Origin: Escherichia phage vB_EcoM_SQ17
Length of the DNA stretch: 64,000 bases
Direction: 5' to 3' (one strand)
Sequence record: MW882907
The stretch's first letter is position 1, and the number at the start of each line of letters is the position of its first letter. The notes beneath the pieces are model-generated. The model searched no databases. It saw nothing but the letters and a program-made list of their open reading frames with translations, and had not been told where the DNA came from. Positions 9,395 through 19,856 of the stretch are shown piece after piece. A program made the position numbers and the translations under genes.

Positions 9395-10909
9395 ATGACT
9401 GACATTAAAGTACATTTTTATGATTTTAGTCACGTGCGCATTGAATGCGACGAAAGTACGTTTTACGAACTTCGTGACTTTTTTAGTTTTGAAGCTGACG
9501 GGTATAAATTTAACCCAAAATATCGCTATGGGCAATGGGATGGTAGAATTCGACTTTTAGATTATAACCGTTTGTTACCATATGGACTTGTAGGACAAAT
9601 AAAAAAGTTCTGTAACAATATGAGTTATTCTGTATGGATTGACCCTAAAATCTTTGAGACAGAAGACCTTACCAGGGAAGATTTTGACGCGTGGCTTTCT
9701 AAACAAGAAATTTATTCGGGCAATTCCAAAATCGAACCACATTGGTATCAAAAAGATGCAGTATACGAAGGACTAGTTAATCGTCGTCGAATTTTAAACC
9801 TTCCGACATCAGCAGGTAAATCACTAATCCAAGCACTTTTAGCTCGATATTATCTAGAGAACTATGAAGGTAAAATTCTCATTATCGTCCCTACAACAGC
9901 ATTGACAACCCAGATGGCTAATGATTTTGTTGATTATCGCTTGTTTAGTCATTCGATGATTAAGAAAATTGGCGGTGGTGCTGATAAAGCAGACAGAGCT
10001 AAAAACGACGCTCCAATTATTGTTGGCACATGGCAAACGGTAGTTAAGCAGCCTAAAGAATGGTTCTCTCAGTTCGGTATGATGATGAATGATGAATGCC
10101 ACTTAGCAACAGGCAAAAGTATTTCTTCAATCATCTCAGGATTAAATAATTGCATGTTTAAATTCGGTTTATCTGGCTCATTAAGAGATGGAAAAGCCAA
10201 TGTAATGCAGTACGTAGGTATGTTCGGCGAAATCTTCCGTCCTGTTAGCACGTCTAAATTAATGGAAGACGGACAGGTAACTGAGCTTAAGATTAATAGT
10301 ATTTTCCTTCGTTATCCAGACGAATTCACTGTTAAATTAAAAGGTAAAACATACCAAGAAGAAGTTAAAATTATTACCGGACTAAAACGACGTACAAAGT
10401 GGATTGCTCAACTTTCAGTCAAATTGGCTAAGAAAGACGAGAACGCCTTTGTAATGTTTAAACACGTTACACACGGTAAAGAAATATTTGAAGCTATTAA
10501 AGAGCTTGGATACGAAAAAGTTTATTACGTATCAGGTGAAGTTGATACTGAAACACGTAACGCGCTTAAAGTCATGGCAGAAAATGGTAAAGGCATTATT
10601 ATTGTCGCATCATATGGAGTATTCTCTACTGGTATTTCAGTCAAGAATCTTCATCATGTTATTTTTGCCCATGGTGTTAAATCAAAAATTATAGTACTTC
10701 AAACCGTAGGTCGCGTGCTTCGTAAGCATGGTTCTAAAGCTGTTGCTACAGTTTGGGATCTCATCGATGACGCAGGTGTAAAACCTAAATCATTAAATAC
10801 TAAAAAGAAGTATACTCATCTTAATTACTTGTTAAAACACGGTATTGATCGTATCCAACGTTACGCTGATGAGAAATTTAACTATGTAATGAAAACAATT
10901 AATTTATAA
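9395..10909 (+). CDS. uvsW: UvsW recombination/repair helicase (SF2)
   Basis: 504 aa with helicase motifs (LPTSAGKS Walker A, DECH box, QTVGRVLR motif VI). Confidence 0.9.
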   Translation: MTDIKVHFYDFSHVRIECDESTFYELRDFFSFEADGYKFNPKYRYGQWDGRIRLLDYNRLLPYGLVGQIKKFCNNMSYSVWIDPKIFETEDLTREDFDAWLSKQEIYSGNSKIEPHWYQKDAVYEGLVNRRRILNLPTSAGKSLIQALLARYYLENYEGKILIIVPTTALTTQMANDFVDYRLFSHSMIKKIGGGADKADRAKNDAPIIVGTWQTVVKQPKEWFSQFGMMMNDECHLATGKSISSIISGLNNCMFKFGLSGSLRDGKANVMQYVGMFGEIFRPVSTSKLMEDGQVTELKINSIFLRYPDEFTVKLKGKTYQEEVKIITGLKRRTKWIAQLSVKLAKKDENAFVMFKHVTHGKEIFEAIKELGYEKVYYVSGEVDTETRNALKVMAENGKGIIIVASYGVFSTGISVKNLHHVIFAHGVKSKIIVLQTVGRVLRKHGSKAVATVWDLIDDAGVKPKSLNTKKKYTHLNYLLKHGIDRIQRYADEKFNYVMKTINL

Positions 10910-10934
10910 GGGCTTCGGCCCTTAGGAGATAAAA

Positions 10935-11168
10935 ATGGTACTTGAATTTAAACAATTTTTATACGAAGCATCTATTGACGAATTCATGGGTAAAATTGCT
11001 AGTTGTCATACCTTAGAAGGGCTTGAAGAATTGGAAGCTTATTATAAGAAACGTATAAAAGAAACGGAATTAAAAGATACAGATGATATTTCTGTCAGGG
11101 ATGCCTTAGCAGGTAAGCGTGCCGAACTTGAAGGCGACGATGATGAGGATGAGGAAGAAGACTTCTAA
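10935..11168 (+). CDS. UvsW.1 small acidic protein
   Basis: 77 aa with acidic tail ([12 protein letters not shown]); AGGAG ribosome-binding site; directly after uvsW. Confidence 0.65.
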   Translation: MVLEFKQFLYEASIDEFMGKIASCHTLEGLEELEAYYKKRIKETELKDTDDISVRDALAGKRAELEGDDDEDEEEDF

Positions 11169-11177
11169 TTAAAAAAA

Positions 11178-11201
11178 GGCCCGACCTTTTTGGAAGGGCC
11201 A
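11178..11201 (-). terminator. Hairpin terminator at the end of the uvsY operon
   Basis: ggccc...gggcc stem followed on the minus strand by a T7 run. Confidence 0.5.
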
Positions 11202-11225
11202 AAACCATAGGCAAAAAAGGTAACA

Positions 11226-11393
11226 CTATAGTAAAAGTTGGGTTTCGTTCAATTGCTCTTCTGAACTTTCTGAAACCGGCATTTGTTGGACATAGTTATA
11301 ACAAGGGCCAGGATGTGCTGGTCCTTTGTCTGTTTCAACAACCAATGCAGAATCGATTGGAGTTTTACAGACAACACAAATCTTATCTGACAT
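11226..11393 (-). CDS. Small Cys-containing protein, about 55 aa (T4 uvsY.-2-like position)
   Basis: Hand-translated MSDKICVVCKTPIDSALVVETDKGPAHPGPCYNYVQQMPV...; below the ORF-track length cut-off. Confidence 0.35.
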   Translation of the reverse strand: MSDKICVVCKTPIDSALVVETDKGPAHPGPCYNYVQQMPVSESSEEQLNETQLLL

Positions 11394-11425
11394 GATTGCC
11401 TCCTAAGTTGAAATTACATATCTAT

Positions 11426-11650
11426 TTATACAACTCGCATGCACATATCGATACCCATATCTTTTGTATAAAAATACTCGTCGATGTACCCAGCAAACTT
11501 CCCTTTAATATAAAGGACGTCTTCGCCACAAGGGTGGTCTGCCAGGATACGAATATCCTGACGACGTAGACGATACTTTTCCATTAAGAATTTAATTTCA
11601 GTTTCAAATTCTTCATCATTATTAAAGGCATCTTCAATCGAATAACGCAT
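11426..11650 (-). CDS. Hypothetical protein (T4 uvsY.-1-like position)
   Basis: 74-aa ORF immediately downstream of uvsY; stop/start overlap. Confidence 0.55.
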   Translation of the reverse strand: MRYSIEDAFNNDEEFETEIKFLMEKYRLRRQDIRILADHPCGEDVLYIKGKFAGYIDEYFYTKDMGIDMCMRVV

Positions 11651-12063
11651 TATTGCCCCGCTTCAAATTCTCGCATATCCTGGATATGTTTAAGTGCAAA
11701 ACTACGAGACTTAACTGCGTCAAGTGCACCACTACAGAACTCAAGTAAAATTCCCCAGTATTGTAAAGTAGTCTCTATTTTAAGCACATCTTTATCTGCA
11801 GCCAGGACAGTTTTCATTTCAGATTTCTCGTATCGGTCCATACTGAATTCATCACCGTCACCTCGTCCCGAGTAGTAGTCTAATCTTGCTTTTAGAGCAG
11901 TTTTCTTCTGAGTCTCTATACGCAACATTTCTTTACGAATAAATGAGTGCTTACGTAGCCATTTGCTGTATAACTTAACATTATTCGCCGTCTCATATTG
12001 CAACTTTGTCATATCAATAGCTAAGTCTGCGTCTAACTCTTCCTGTAAATCTTCCAGCTTCAT
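11650..12063 (-). CDS. uvsY: UvsY recombination mediator protein
   Basis: ORF-track ORF trimmed to the internal ATG (MKLEDLQEEL...) giving 137 aa; matches my recollection of T4 UvsY. Confidence 0.85.
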   Translation of the reverse strand: MKLEDLQEELDADLAIDMTKLQYETANNVKLYSKWLRKHSFIRKEMLRIETQKKTALKARLDYYSGRGDGDEFSMDRYEKSEMKTVLAADKDVLKIETTLQYWGILLEFCSGALDAVKSRSFALKHIQDMREFEAGQ

Positions 12064-12143
12064 AATGTTCTCTCTTTTAACTAATAATCTCCCGGCTGTA
12101 TCGGAAGGACCTAAAACCATTATACATAGGTTGCCTTGAAGCA

Positions 12144-12542
12144 TTACACTCTATTGCTTGACGCTAACTGAAGTTTAATTTGTTCAATATCGTCAGGGTT
12201 GTCTACGACCGAAAATCTAATCTCTACTATAACCGTATAGTCATCATATACTGGCGTTACACTTACAGAAAGTTTGTCGATGCGTGGCTCATAGTTACGA
12301 ACAGCTGCCTGGATATTACGCTCAATCGTATCGGCTGTAAGTGGTGTCATGTTCTCGAAAAGTTCGTCGACCAAATCGCATCCAAATTCAGGGTCGAAGG
12401 GGCGTGAGCCTTTTCTAGTTGTCACTATGCCAAGAAGACTATTTTTAATAGAACGAAGTCCTACAGAACGAGCAACGTCCTTGTTCCAATCCATACGCAT
12501 TTCTGGGTCGATATCTGAATAAAGTTTATTGATATTAGACAT
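12144..12542 (-). CDS. 25: Baseplate wedge protein gp25
   Basis: 132 aa; MSNINKLYSDIDPEM... matches my recollection of T4 gp25. Confidence 0.9.
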   Translation of the reverse strand: MSNINKLYSDIDPEMRMDWNKDVARSVGLRSIKNSLLGIVTTRKGSRPFDPEFGCDLVDELFENMTPLTADTIERNIQAAVRNYEPRIDKLSVSVTPVYDDYTVIVEIRFSVVDNPDDIEQIKLQLASSNRV

Positions 12543-13168
12543 TATAGTAACTCAAAGAATTCTTTGAGGCCTCGTATTGTGTGAACGTGTGACGCCCCAC
12601 ATTTGGGACATTTAATAGGGGTTGCCAGATAAATTGATGGCGATACTAAAAGATTTTTAATATTGATCATGTCATCTTCTGTTATAAGGCCGTAAAGGTC
12701 GTTTATTTCTGCTTCAGTTAAATCTTCAACAGGGATGGACTCTCCATTGACAAAAACGGCCTCAATACATGAAGCAATCATTAATGCGATATTTTTATCG
12801 TCAAATAATTTAGGTTGACGGAACTTAATTTTAATACCGCTGAACGAATACCAGGGATCGGCCTGTTCATCTAATTGAGTGTGCAATAAATTCATATAGA
12901 CTTGAAATGAATGCCCACAGGAACAATTCCAGGTGTGTTCTTGATTCACTTCACCTAATGAATGTGCCCACAGATTTACCAACAATAACTCGGCTTCTTG
13001 TTTAGTCAAGTTTTTAGCGTTAGAGCAATTAGTGATAATGTTGTTCACTGCTGATTCAATAGTACCGGTAGCCCGCGCACCAATGAGTCCTAAATATTCT
13101 TTTAAAGTAAAGGCTCTACAATTCACTTCTTTATCGCCTAAACGTACGGTAAACGTATATTTGTACAT
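12542..13168 (-). CDS. 26: Baseplate hub subunit gp26
   Basis: 208 aa, same length and position as T4 gp26; overlaps the gp25 start. Confidence 0.85.
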   Translation of the reverse strand: MYKYTFTVRLGDKEVNCRAFTLKEYLGLIGARATGTIESAVNNIITNCSNAKNLTKQEAELLLVNLWAHSLGEVNQEHTWNCSCGHSFQVYMNLLHTQLDEQADPWYSFSGIKIKFRQPKLFDDKNIALMIASCIEAVFVNGESIPVEDLTEAEINDLYGLITEDDMINIKNLLVSPSIYLATPIKCPKCGASHVHTIRGLKEFFELL

Positions 13169-13186
13169 GTTAACTCCTTTATTGTG

Positions 13187-13198
13187 TATTTATAAATA
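13187..13198. promoter_or_regulatory. Overlapping divergent late promoter motifs (TATAAATA on both strands) between genes 26 and 51
   Basis: Sequence tatttataaata reads TATAAATA on the minus strand (13187..13194) and on the plus strand (13191..13198). Confidence 0.5.
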
Positions 13199-13215
13199 AT
13201 AGAAAAGGAGTAATT

Positions 13216-13968
13216 ATGGCTAATATAATTCGTTGTAAATTACCGGATGGTGTTCATCGTTTTAAGCCGTTCACTGTGGCGGATTATAGAGACTTTTTAC
13301 TAGTTAGAAATGATATCGAACATCGTTCGCCACAAGAACAAAAAGAAATAATTGCCGATCTGATTGATGATTATTTTGGCGAGTACCCTAAAACATGGCA
13401 ACCATTTATATTCCTGCAAGTTTTTGCAGGCTCTATAGGCAAAACAAAAGTTCCTGTTATTTTCACTTGCCCTAAATGCTCTAAAGAAAAAACTGCACCA
13501 TTTGAGATATATCAAAAAGAACTAGTCGAACCTGAACTTGATGTTGCTGGTATAAAAATACGTTTTTCTTTCCCTGAAAAGTTTTATGACAATAAAGCAT
13601 TAATGATAAGTGAAAACATAAAAGAAATATATTATAATGATGAATGGTACCCATGGAATGATTTGACTGAAGAGAACCAAATCCAAGTAATAGAAGCAAT
13701 AGACATTGACTCACTCGAAAAGGTTATTGCTTCTATGAACCCTATTAATTTGACCCTTAGATTAGGTTGTTGTGAACGTCATGTTAAAACATATACTGAT
13801 ATATTAGAGGTTTTTAAATTGTTAGTTAACCCTGATGAGATTTTTACATTCTATCAGATAAACCATTCACTAGTAAAGAGTCAATACACATTGGATTCTA
13901 TTATGCAAATGATTCCTGTTGAACGTGGTATTGCTTTAACATTAGTAGAAAAGGACCATAAAAAATGA
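13216..13968 (+). CDS. 51: Baseplate hub assembly protein gp51
   Basis: 250 aa; AAGGAG ribosome-binding site; T4 synteny (divergent from 26). Confidence 0.85.
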   Translation: MANIIRCKLPDGVHRFKPFTVADYRDFLLVRNDIEHRSPQEQKEIIADLIDDYFGEYPKTWQPFIFLQVFAGSIGKTKVPVIFTCPKCSKEKTAPFEIYQKELVEPELDVAGIKIRFSFPEKFYDNKALMISENIKEIYYNDEWYPWNDLTEENQIQVIEAIDIDSLEKVIASMNPINLTLRLGCCERHVKTYTDILEVFKLLVNPDEIFTFYQINHSLVKSQYTLDSIMQMIPVERGIALTLVEKDHKK

Positions 13969-15137
13969 CAGTATTCCAACGTCCAGGATATCCTAACTTA
14001 AGCGTTAAATTATATCAAGATTATTCGGCTTGGCAAGAAAATAGATATGTTGAACTCGCAGCAACAATAACAACTTTAACCATGCGAGATTCGCTATATG
14101 GAAGAAATGAAGGGATTCTTCAATTTTATGACACTAAAAACATCCACACTAAAATGGATGGTAGACAGATAGTCCAAATCTCTGTTTCAAATTCAAACAC
14201 ACCTCTCCAAGTTAGAACTCGAATTTATGGATGCAGACATTATTCTGTGTCTGTGGACTCAAAAGGTGACAATATTATTGCAATTGAGCTTGGAACAATA
14301 CATTCTATAGAGAACCTTAAATTTGGGCGACCATTCTTCTCAGACGCAGGAGAATCTATACGTGAAATGTTAGGTGTCATATATAAAGACCGTACGTTAA
14401 TTACTCCGCCAATAAACACTATTAATGCTTATGTTCCTGATATTCCTTGGACAAGCACATTTGATGATTATTTGGCATATGTCAGAGAATTAGGACTTGC
14501 TACAGCGAGTGATAAGTTCGTATTCGTATGGCAAGATATTTTAGGCGTAAACATGATTGACTATGATACTCTTATTGGTCAGGAAGGCATTAAGATGATT
14601 GTAGGCGAGCCAAATACTGTAGGTCAGTATATTCAAGAGCTTGAGTATCCATTAGTATGGGATTTCACCTGGATGACTAAAGCTAACCAATTTACAAGAG
14701 ACCCTATTAAAAACGCCACGGTATTCGCTCATTCATTTTTAGATACATCTATTCCGGTTATTGTTACAGGTGATGGTGATAATGCTATTCTTGTGTCAAG
14801 ATCAGGTGGATATTCTGAAATGACCTATCGTAATGGATTTGAAGAAGCAAGTCGTCTTCAGACAATGGCTCAATATGACGGATATGCTAAATGCACTACT
14901 ACAGGTAATTTTAACATAACGCCTGCCACTAAAATTATATTTGTTGACCAAAAGAACCAATTCAAATCCGAATTTTACGTGGATGAAGTTATTCATGAGT
15001 TATCAAATAACAACTCACAAACTCATCTGTACATGTTTACCAACTCAATGGTGTTAGAACCTGTTAACCCAGTTAAGGTTAAAAATGAACTTAAATCTGA
15101 TTCTACCTCTAAAGAAAATAATTCTACCACAGTCTAA
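13965..15137 (+). CDS. 27: Baseplate hub subunit gp27
   Basis: 390 aa; synteny and T4-like sequence. Confidence 0.9.
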   Translation: MTVFQRPGYPNLSVKLYQDYSAWQENRYVELAATITTLTMRDSLYGRNEGILQFYDTKNIHTKMDGRQIVQISVSNSNTPLQVRTRIYGCRHYSVSVDSKGDNIIAIELGTIHSIENLKFGRPFFSDAGESIREMLGVIYKDRTLITPPINTINAYVPDIPWTSTFDDYLAYVRELGLATASDKFVFVWQDILGVNMIDYDTLIGQEGIKMIVGEPNTVGQYIQELEYPLVWDFTWMTKANQFTRDPIKNATVFAHSFLDTSIPVIVTGDGDNAILVSRSGGYSEMTYRNGFEEASRLQTMAQYDGYAKCTTTGNFNITPATKIIFVDQKNQFKSEFYVDEVIHELSNNNSQTHLYMFTNSMVLEPVNPVKVKNELKSDSTSKENNSTTV

Positions 15138-15618
15138 TAAAAAGGTAATGATTCCTAAATTAGGGCTCAAACATTATAATCTTTTAAAGGACGTTAAAGG
15201 TCCTGACGAAAACATGAAAATCTTAGCTGATTCTATTTGTAAAAATATGAGTCCCGCAGATTTTGATTTTGCATGTCTACACATATTGGAATTTAATAAC
15301 AAACTTAAGTCTGAAGTTGAAAAAGATGGATTCACTTATAAACTAGATGACGTCTATGTATGCCAACGAACAGAATTCCAATTTCAAGGTAATACTTTTT
15401 ATTTTAGACCCCCAGGCAAATTTGAACAATTCGCTACAATCAGTGAAATGCTATCAAATTGCTTAATAAAAGTTAATGACGAAGAGAAAGAAATTTCTTT
15501 CCTTGAGATGCCTGCTTTTGTAATCAAATGGGCAGAAGACCTTTCGACAACTATTGCTATTCCAGGCCCTAATGGCCCTATTAAGGGTATAGCAGAAATT
15601 ATTGGATTGCTTGAATGA
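15085..15618 (+). CDS. 28: Baseplate hub distal subunit gp28
   Basis: 177 aa; overlaps the 3' end of gene 27 as in T4. Confidence 0.8.
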   Translation: MNLNLILPLKKIILPQSNKKVMIPKLGLKHYNLLKDVKGPDENMKILADSICKNMSPADFDFACLHILEFNNKLKSEVEKDGFTYKLDDVYVCQRTEFQFQGNTFYFRPPGKFEQFATISEMLSNCLIKVNDEEKEISFLEMPAFVIKWAEDLSTTIAIPGPNGPIKGIAEIIGLLE

Positions 15619-17387
15619 AACCTGAAGAAATGAAATCCATGCGTAGAAATAAGGTCATTGCCGATAATAAACCACAAAAAGTAGCTGCAACAGCAGCTAC
15701 TGATTCATTAGAAGCATTGAATGATATTTCATCAAAACTAGACGATGTCCAAGCCGCGTCTGAACTCACATCACAAAGTGTAGAAGATAAAGGCAATGGA
15801 ATTATTGAATCAATTGGAGACTTAAAGAATTCGACAGATAATACTGCTGAAGGCACAGAGCTTATCGCAGAAGTTATTGAAAAACAAACTGAAGTCACTA
15901 AAAGTATAAACGAAGTTTCTAGTGCAATAAGCTCCAAGTTAGACCGATTAGCTACATTATTAGAGCAAAAATTACAAACATCTACCGCTATTCAAAATAC
16001 AGGAGGCACCTCTCTTGAAGTAATTGAGAACGCAATACCTGTTAAAGTGGTTGAGAATGAAACTTATGATGAGCTGTTTAAAGCATTACCTACACCTGAA
16101 AAGATTGATAATAAGCCAGACGAAGATTTCTTCCCAGCCCCGGTTCAAGAAAGTGCTAATTCTACTTCTGATTCTAAAGGCGGGATTAGCTTTAAATTGA
16201 GCGATAAAATTGCAATGCTCACCAAAACAGTTCAAGCCGGGTTTAATAAATCAATATCAATTTCTGACAGAATTGCTGGAATGCTTTTCAAATACACTAT
16301 AACGGCTGCTATTGAAGCAGCAAAAATGGCCGCACTTATTCTTGGTATTGTTATCGGTATTGATTTATTGATAGTCCATTTCAAATATTGGACAGACAAG
16401 TTCACTTCTGCCTGGGATTTATTTGATGAAAACTTTACTAAATTCTCCGATGAAGCTAAAGAGTGGGGTAAATTCTTAAGTGATATATTCACTTCTATTG
16501 ACTCTATAAAACAATTGTGGGAAGCTGGAGACTGGGGTGGTTTAACCGTTGCTATTGTCAAAGGTGTAGGAACAGCATTAATGAACTTAGGTGAACTAAT
16601 TCAATTAGGAATGGCTAAACTCTCCGCGTCTATATTGCGTGCTATAGGTTTTGGTGATACCGCAGATGAAATAGAAGGACGTGCTTTAGAAGGATTCCAA
16701 GAAACTACTGGGAACAAATTAAAGAAAGAAGACCAAGAGAAAGTCGCTAAATATCAAATGAAGCGTGACGATGGGGAATTAGGAACCGTTTCTAAAGGTC
16801 TTGATATGTTACAACGCGGCAAAACATTCGTTACTAACTGGGTTCGTGGTAATGACAATAAAGAAGAGTTTAGTACAAGCGATGAGCGTGCTGCGGAATC
16901 AGCAAAATTAAAAGAGTTACCTGAAGAGGAGCGTAAAGAGGCATATATAAAAGCTAATGAAACTCGTGCGGCACTAGTTAGATTTGAGGATTATATCGAT
17001 AAAATCGATATGACTAATCCGGAAAATGCTAAAAACGTCGAGAAGTCTTATGCCGATTTAAGTAAACTTATTAAAGACCCTGAACTTAATAAAACTCCTG
17101 TTGTTAAAAAGGAATTAGATGCTAGATTTGAAAAGCTAAATAATAAAATGGCTGAAGCCAAAAAAGCTCAGACGACAGTTAAGCCTGAATCTTCGACTAA
17201 ATCTCCGGAAGCAAAACAAGTTCAGTCAATAGAGAAAGGACGTGCTTCTGAATCTAAACAACAACAACCGGTAGCGGCGATTAGTAACACAAATAATGTC
17301 GTCAAAAAGAATACCGTAGTCCAGAATATGACCCCTGTAACAAGTACAACGGCTCCTGGAATTTTCCATGCCACCGGTGTTAATTAA
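15615..17387 (+). CDS. 29: Baseplate hub / tail length determinator gp29
   Basis: 590 aa, same length as T4 gp29; coiled-coil-rich. Confidence 0.9.
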   Translation: MKPEEMKSMRRNKVIADNKPQKVAATAATDSLEALNDISSKLDDVQAASELTSQSVEDKGNGIIESIGDLKNSTDNTAEGTELIAEVIEKQTEVTKSINEVSSAISSKLDRLATLLEQKLQTSTAIQNTGGTSLEVIENAIPVKVVENETYDELFKALPTPEKIDNKPDEDFFPAPVQESANSTSDSKGGISFKLSDKIAMLTKTVQAGFNKSISISDRIAGMLFKYTITAAIEAAKMAALILGIVIGIDLLIVHFKYWTDKFTSAWDLFDENFTKFSDEAKEWGKFLSDIFTSIDSIKQLWEAGDWGGLTVAIVKGVGTALMNLGELIQLGMAKLSASILRAIGFGDTADEIEGRALEGFQETTGNKLKKEDQEKVAKYQMKRDDGELGTVSKGLDMLQRGKTFVTNWVRGNDNKEEFSTSDERAAESAKLKELPEEERKEAYIKANETRAALVRFEDYIDKIDMTNPENAKNVEKSYADLSKLIKDPELNKTPVVKKELDARFEKLNNKMAEAKKAQTTVKPESSTKSPEAKQVQSIEKGRASESKQQQPVAAISNTNNVVKKNTVVQNMTPVTSTTAPGIFHATGVN

Positions 17388-17395
17388 GGATTATT

Positions 17396-18505
17396 ATGAT
17401 TAGTGTAAAAGAAATAGTAGTAGATGCAAAGGATTTAAATAAAGCAATCCCAGTCTCAGAAAGTGCTGGGCAAAGCACTAAAACCGAAACAACTACTAAA
17501 ACTTATGTTGCTCAATTTCCTACAGGAAGAGCAGCCGGAAATGACTCCGCAGGAGACTTCCAGGTAACAGACCTTTATAAGAATGGATTATTATTTACCG
17601 CGTACAATATGTCTGCACGCGATTCAGGATCCCTCAGGAATTTACGTCCGGCATACGCCGGCACTTCATCTAATGGTATCATATCAGATTTAACTGATAA
17701 TGTGAAAGATGCAGTGACTAAATTCTCTAATGGGTTGCTTCCTGCCGGAGCTAATAAACCTACTATAAATAAAACTCCCGTTGCTAATATACTTTTGCCA
17801 CGTTCCAAATCTGACGTTGATACAACTTCACATCGTTTTAATGATATTGGTGATAGCCTTATTACTAAAGGTGGAGGTACTGCTACGGGTGTTTTAAGTA
17901 ACATTGCTTCTACTGCAGTTTTTGGTGCATTAGATTCTATTACTCAAGGGCTTATGGCTGATAATAACGAACAGATTTATACGACTTCTCGTAGTATGTA
18001 TGGCGGTGCTGAGAACCGTACTAAAGTCTTTACATGGGATTTAACTCCACGTTCAACTGAAGACCTTATGGCTATTATAAACATTTACCAGTATTTTAAC
18101 TATTTCTCCTATGGTGAGACCGGTAAATCACAGTACGCCCAAGAGATTAAAAGTTATTTAGACGAATGGTACCGTTCAACGTTTATTGAGCCTATGACAC
18201 CTGATGATGCAGTAAAAAATAAGACATTGTTTGAAAAGATTACTGCGTCATTAACAAACGTATTAGTTGTAAGCAACCCTACAATTTGGATGGTTAAAAA
18301 CTTTGGTTATACGTCTAAATTTGATGGATTAACTGACGTATTTGGCCCATGCCAAATTCAAAGCGTACGTTTTGATAAAACTCCAAATGGACAATTTAAT
18401 GGTCTTGCTATTGCTCCTAACTTACCGTCAACATTTACGTTAGAGATAACAATGCGAGAAATTATTACATTAAACCGTTCTTCACTTTATGCGGGGACTT
18501 TCTAA
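17396..18505 (+). CDS. 48: Baseplate-tail tube junction protein gp48
   Basis: 369 aa; synteny. Confidence 0.85.
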   Translation: MISVKEIVVDAKDLNKAIPVSESAGQSTKTETTTKTYVAQFPTGRAAGNDSAGDFQVTDLYKNGLLFTAYNMSARDSGSLRNLRPAYAGTSSNGIISDLTDNVKDAVTKFSNGLLPAGANKPTINKTPVANILLPRSKSDVDTTSHRFNDIGDSLITKGGGTATGVLSNIASTAVFGALDSITQGLMADNNEQIYTTSRSMYGGAENRTKVFTWDLTPRSTEDLMAIINIYQYFNYFSYGETGKSQYAQEIKSYLDEWYRSTFIEPMTPDDAVKNKTLFEKITASLTNVLVVSNPTIWMVKNFGYTSKFDGLTDVFGPCQIQSVRFDKTPNGQFNGLAIAPNLPSTFTLEITMREIITLNRSSLYAGTF

Positions 18506-19467
18506 TGTACTCTTTAGAAGAATTTAATAACCAAGCTATAAATGCAGATTTCCAACGAAACAATATGTTTAGTTGTGTATTTGCTACTACACCGTCGACC
18601 AAATCGTCTTCACTAATTTCGTCAATTGGTAGTTTTGCTTATAATAACTTAGGGTTGGATTCCGATTGGCTAGGATTGACTCAAGGTGATATCAATCAGG
18701 GCGTAACAACCCTGATTACAGCAGGAACACAGAAATTAATTCGAAAATCAGGTGTAAGTAAATATCTGATTGGAGCAATGAGTCAACGTACGGTACAAAG
18801 CTTGTTAGGCGAGTTCACAGTAGGATCTTATCTGATAGACTTCTTCAATATGGCATATAATAATACAGGTTTAATGATTTATTCTGTAAAAATGCCTGAG
18901 AACCGATTATCTTATGAAACGGATTTCAACTATAACTCCCCGAACATCCGAATTACCGGCCGTGAAATGGACCCGTTAGTAATAAGCTTTAGAATGGATT
19001 CCGAAGCATCTAACTTTAGAGCAATGCAAGACTGGGTAAACTCAGTCCAAGACCCTGTAACAGGTCTTCGTGCTTTACCACAAGACGTCGAAGCAGATAT
19101 TCAGGTTAATTTACATGCACGAAATGGTTTACCACATACCGCTGTCATGTTCACCGGATGTATTCCTGTTAGTGTCTCTTCTCCTGAGTTAACGTATGAT
19201 GGTGATAATCAGATAACAGTTTTTGATGTAACATTTGCTTATCGCGTTATGCAATCAGGTGCCGTAAATAGACAGGCTGCTTTAGAATGGCTGGAATCAG
19301 GACTTATTAGTAGTGTTTCAGGAATGTTTGGAAATAATCAGAATGATTCTGGACTAGGAAGTGCAGTATCAAGACTTTCTAGATTAGGTGGGACTGCTGG
19401 TGGTGTGTCTAATATAAACACATTGACAGGTGTGGTGAATTCTACGTCAAGAGTTTTAGGACTATAA
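18505..19467 (+). CDS. 54: Baseplate-tail tube initiator gp54
   Basis: 320 aa; start overlaps the gp48 stop. Confidence 0.85.
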   Translation: MYSLEEFNNQAINADFQRNNMFSCVFATTPSTKSSSLISSIGSFAYNNLGLDSDWLGLTQGDINQGVTTLITAGTQKLIRKSGVSKYLIGAMSQRTVQSLLGEFTVGSYLIDFFNMAYNNTGLMIYSVKMPENRLSYETDFNYNSPNIRITGREMDPLVISFRMDSEASNFRAMQDWVNSVQDPVTGLRALPQDVEADIQVNLHARNGLPHTAVMFTGCIPVSVSSPELTYDGDNQITVFDVTFAYRVMQSGAVNRQAALEWLESGLISSVSGMFGNNQNDSGLGSAVSRLSRLGGTAGGVSNINTLTGVVNSTSRVLGL

Positions 19468-19478
19468 GAAAAAAAAAA

Positions 19479-19495
19479 GGGAGACAACGTCTCCC
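19479..19495. terminator. Bidirectional hairpin terminator gggagac-aac-gtctccc between gene 54 and the alt operon
   Basis: A-run, hairpin, then T-run. Confidence 0.7.
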
Positions 19496-19504
19496 TTTAG
19501 GGGT

Positions 19505-19798
19505 TTATTTACGGAATGAAAGGAATGCTGGTGCTCGGAATGGAGTATCATCTTTAGAGTATTTAACTAATACGACCATTGGTACCTCTGTTTCTAAATG
19601 ACCTGTCACTACACCAACAAAAATTTGATCAGTGTGCTCAGGGTCGCGAAAGTTTTTAAGAGGTTCCATAGCAATATGGAATGCACCTGGGAATACTCGA
19701 TTCAATTCGTCAATCACAGCTTCGTTAAAAGCATCATCCGCCGGGATAACATCTTCAACTACTAGTTCTTGACCATTAAAGCGAAGCATAGATTTCAT
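19505..19798 (-). CDS. Hypothetical protein downstream of alt (T4 alt.-1-like position)
   Basis: ORF-track ORF starts at a TTG; trimmed to the ATG that has a GAGGA ribosome-binding site (97 aa). Confidence 0.5.
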   Translation of the reverse strand: MKSMLRFNGQELVVEDVIPADDAFNEAVIDELNRVFPGAFHIAMEPLKNFRDPEHTDQIFVGVVTGHLETEVPMVVLVKYSKDDTPFRAPAFLSFRK

Positions 19799-19856
19799 AA
19801 CGTTTTCCTCATGTTGTTGATGGGATGATAGTATCACACATCCATGTGTTTGTAAA

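Noticed and set aside
10893-10937. Possibility that uvsW and uvsW.1 are one gene split by an artefact.
   Set aside because: The two ORFs are in different frames and each frame has a stop in the 26-nt gap (TAA at 10907, TAG at 10923); uvsW.1 has its own AGGAG ribosome-binding site, so they are kept separate.
11650-12144. Longer ORF-track starts for uvsY (164 aa) and likewise for alc (187 aa), dsbA (95 aa), t (223 aa), I-TevI (247 aa) and the denB-like ORF (206 aa).
   Set aside because: The ORF track evidently accepts TTG/GTG and upstream in-frame starts; the internal ATGs with Shine-Dalgarno sequences give products matching known T4 protein lengths, so the shorter starts were used.
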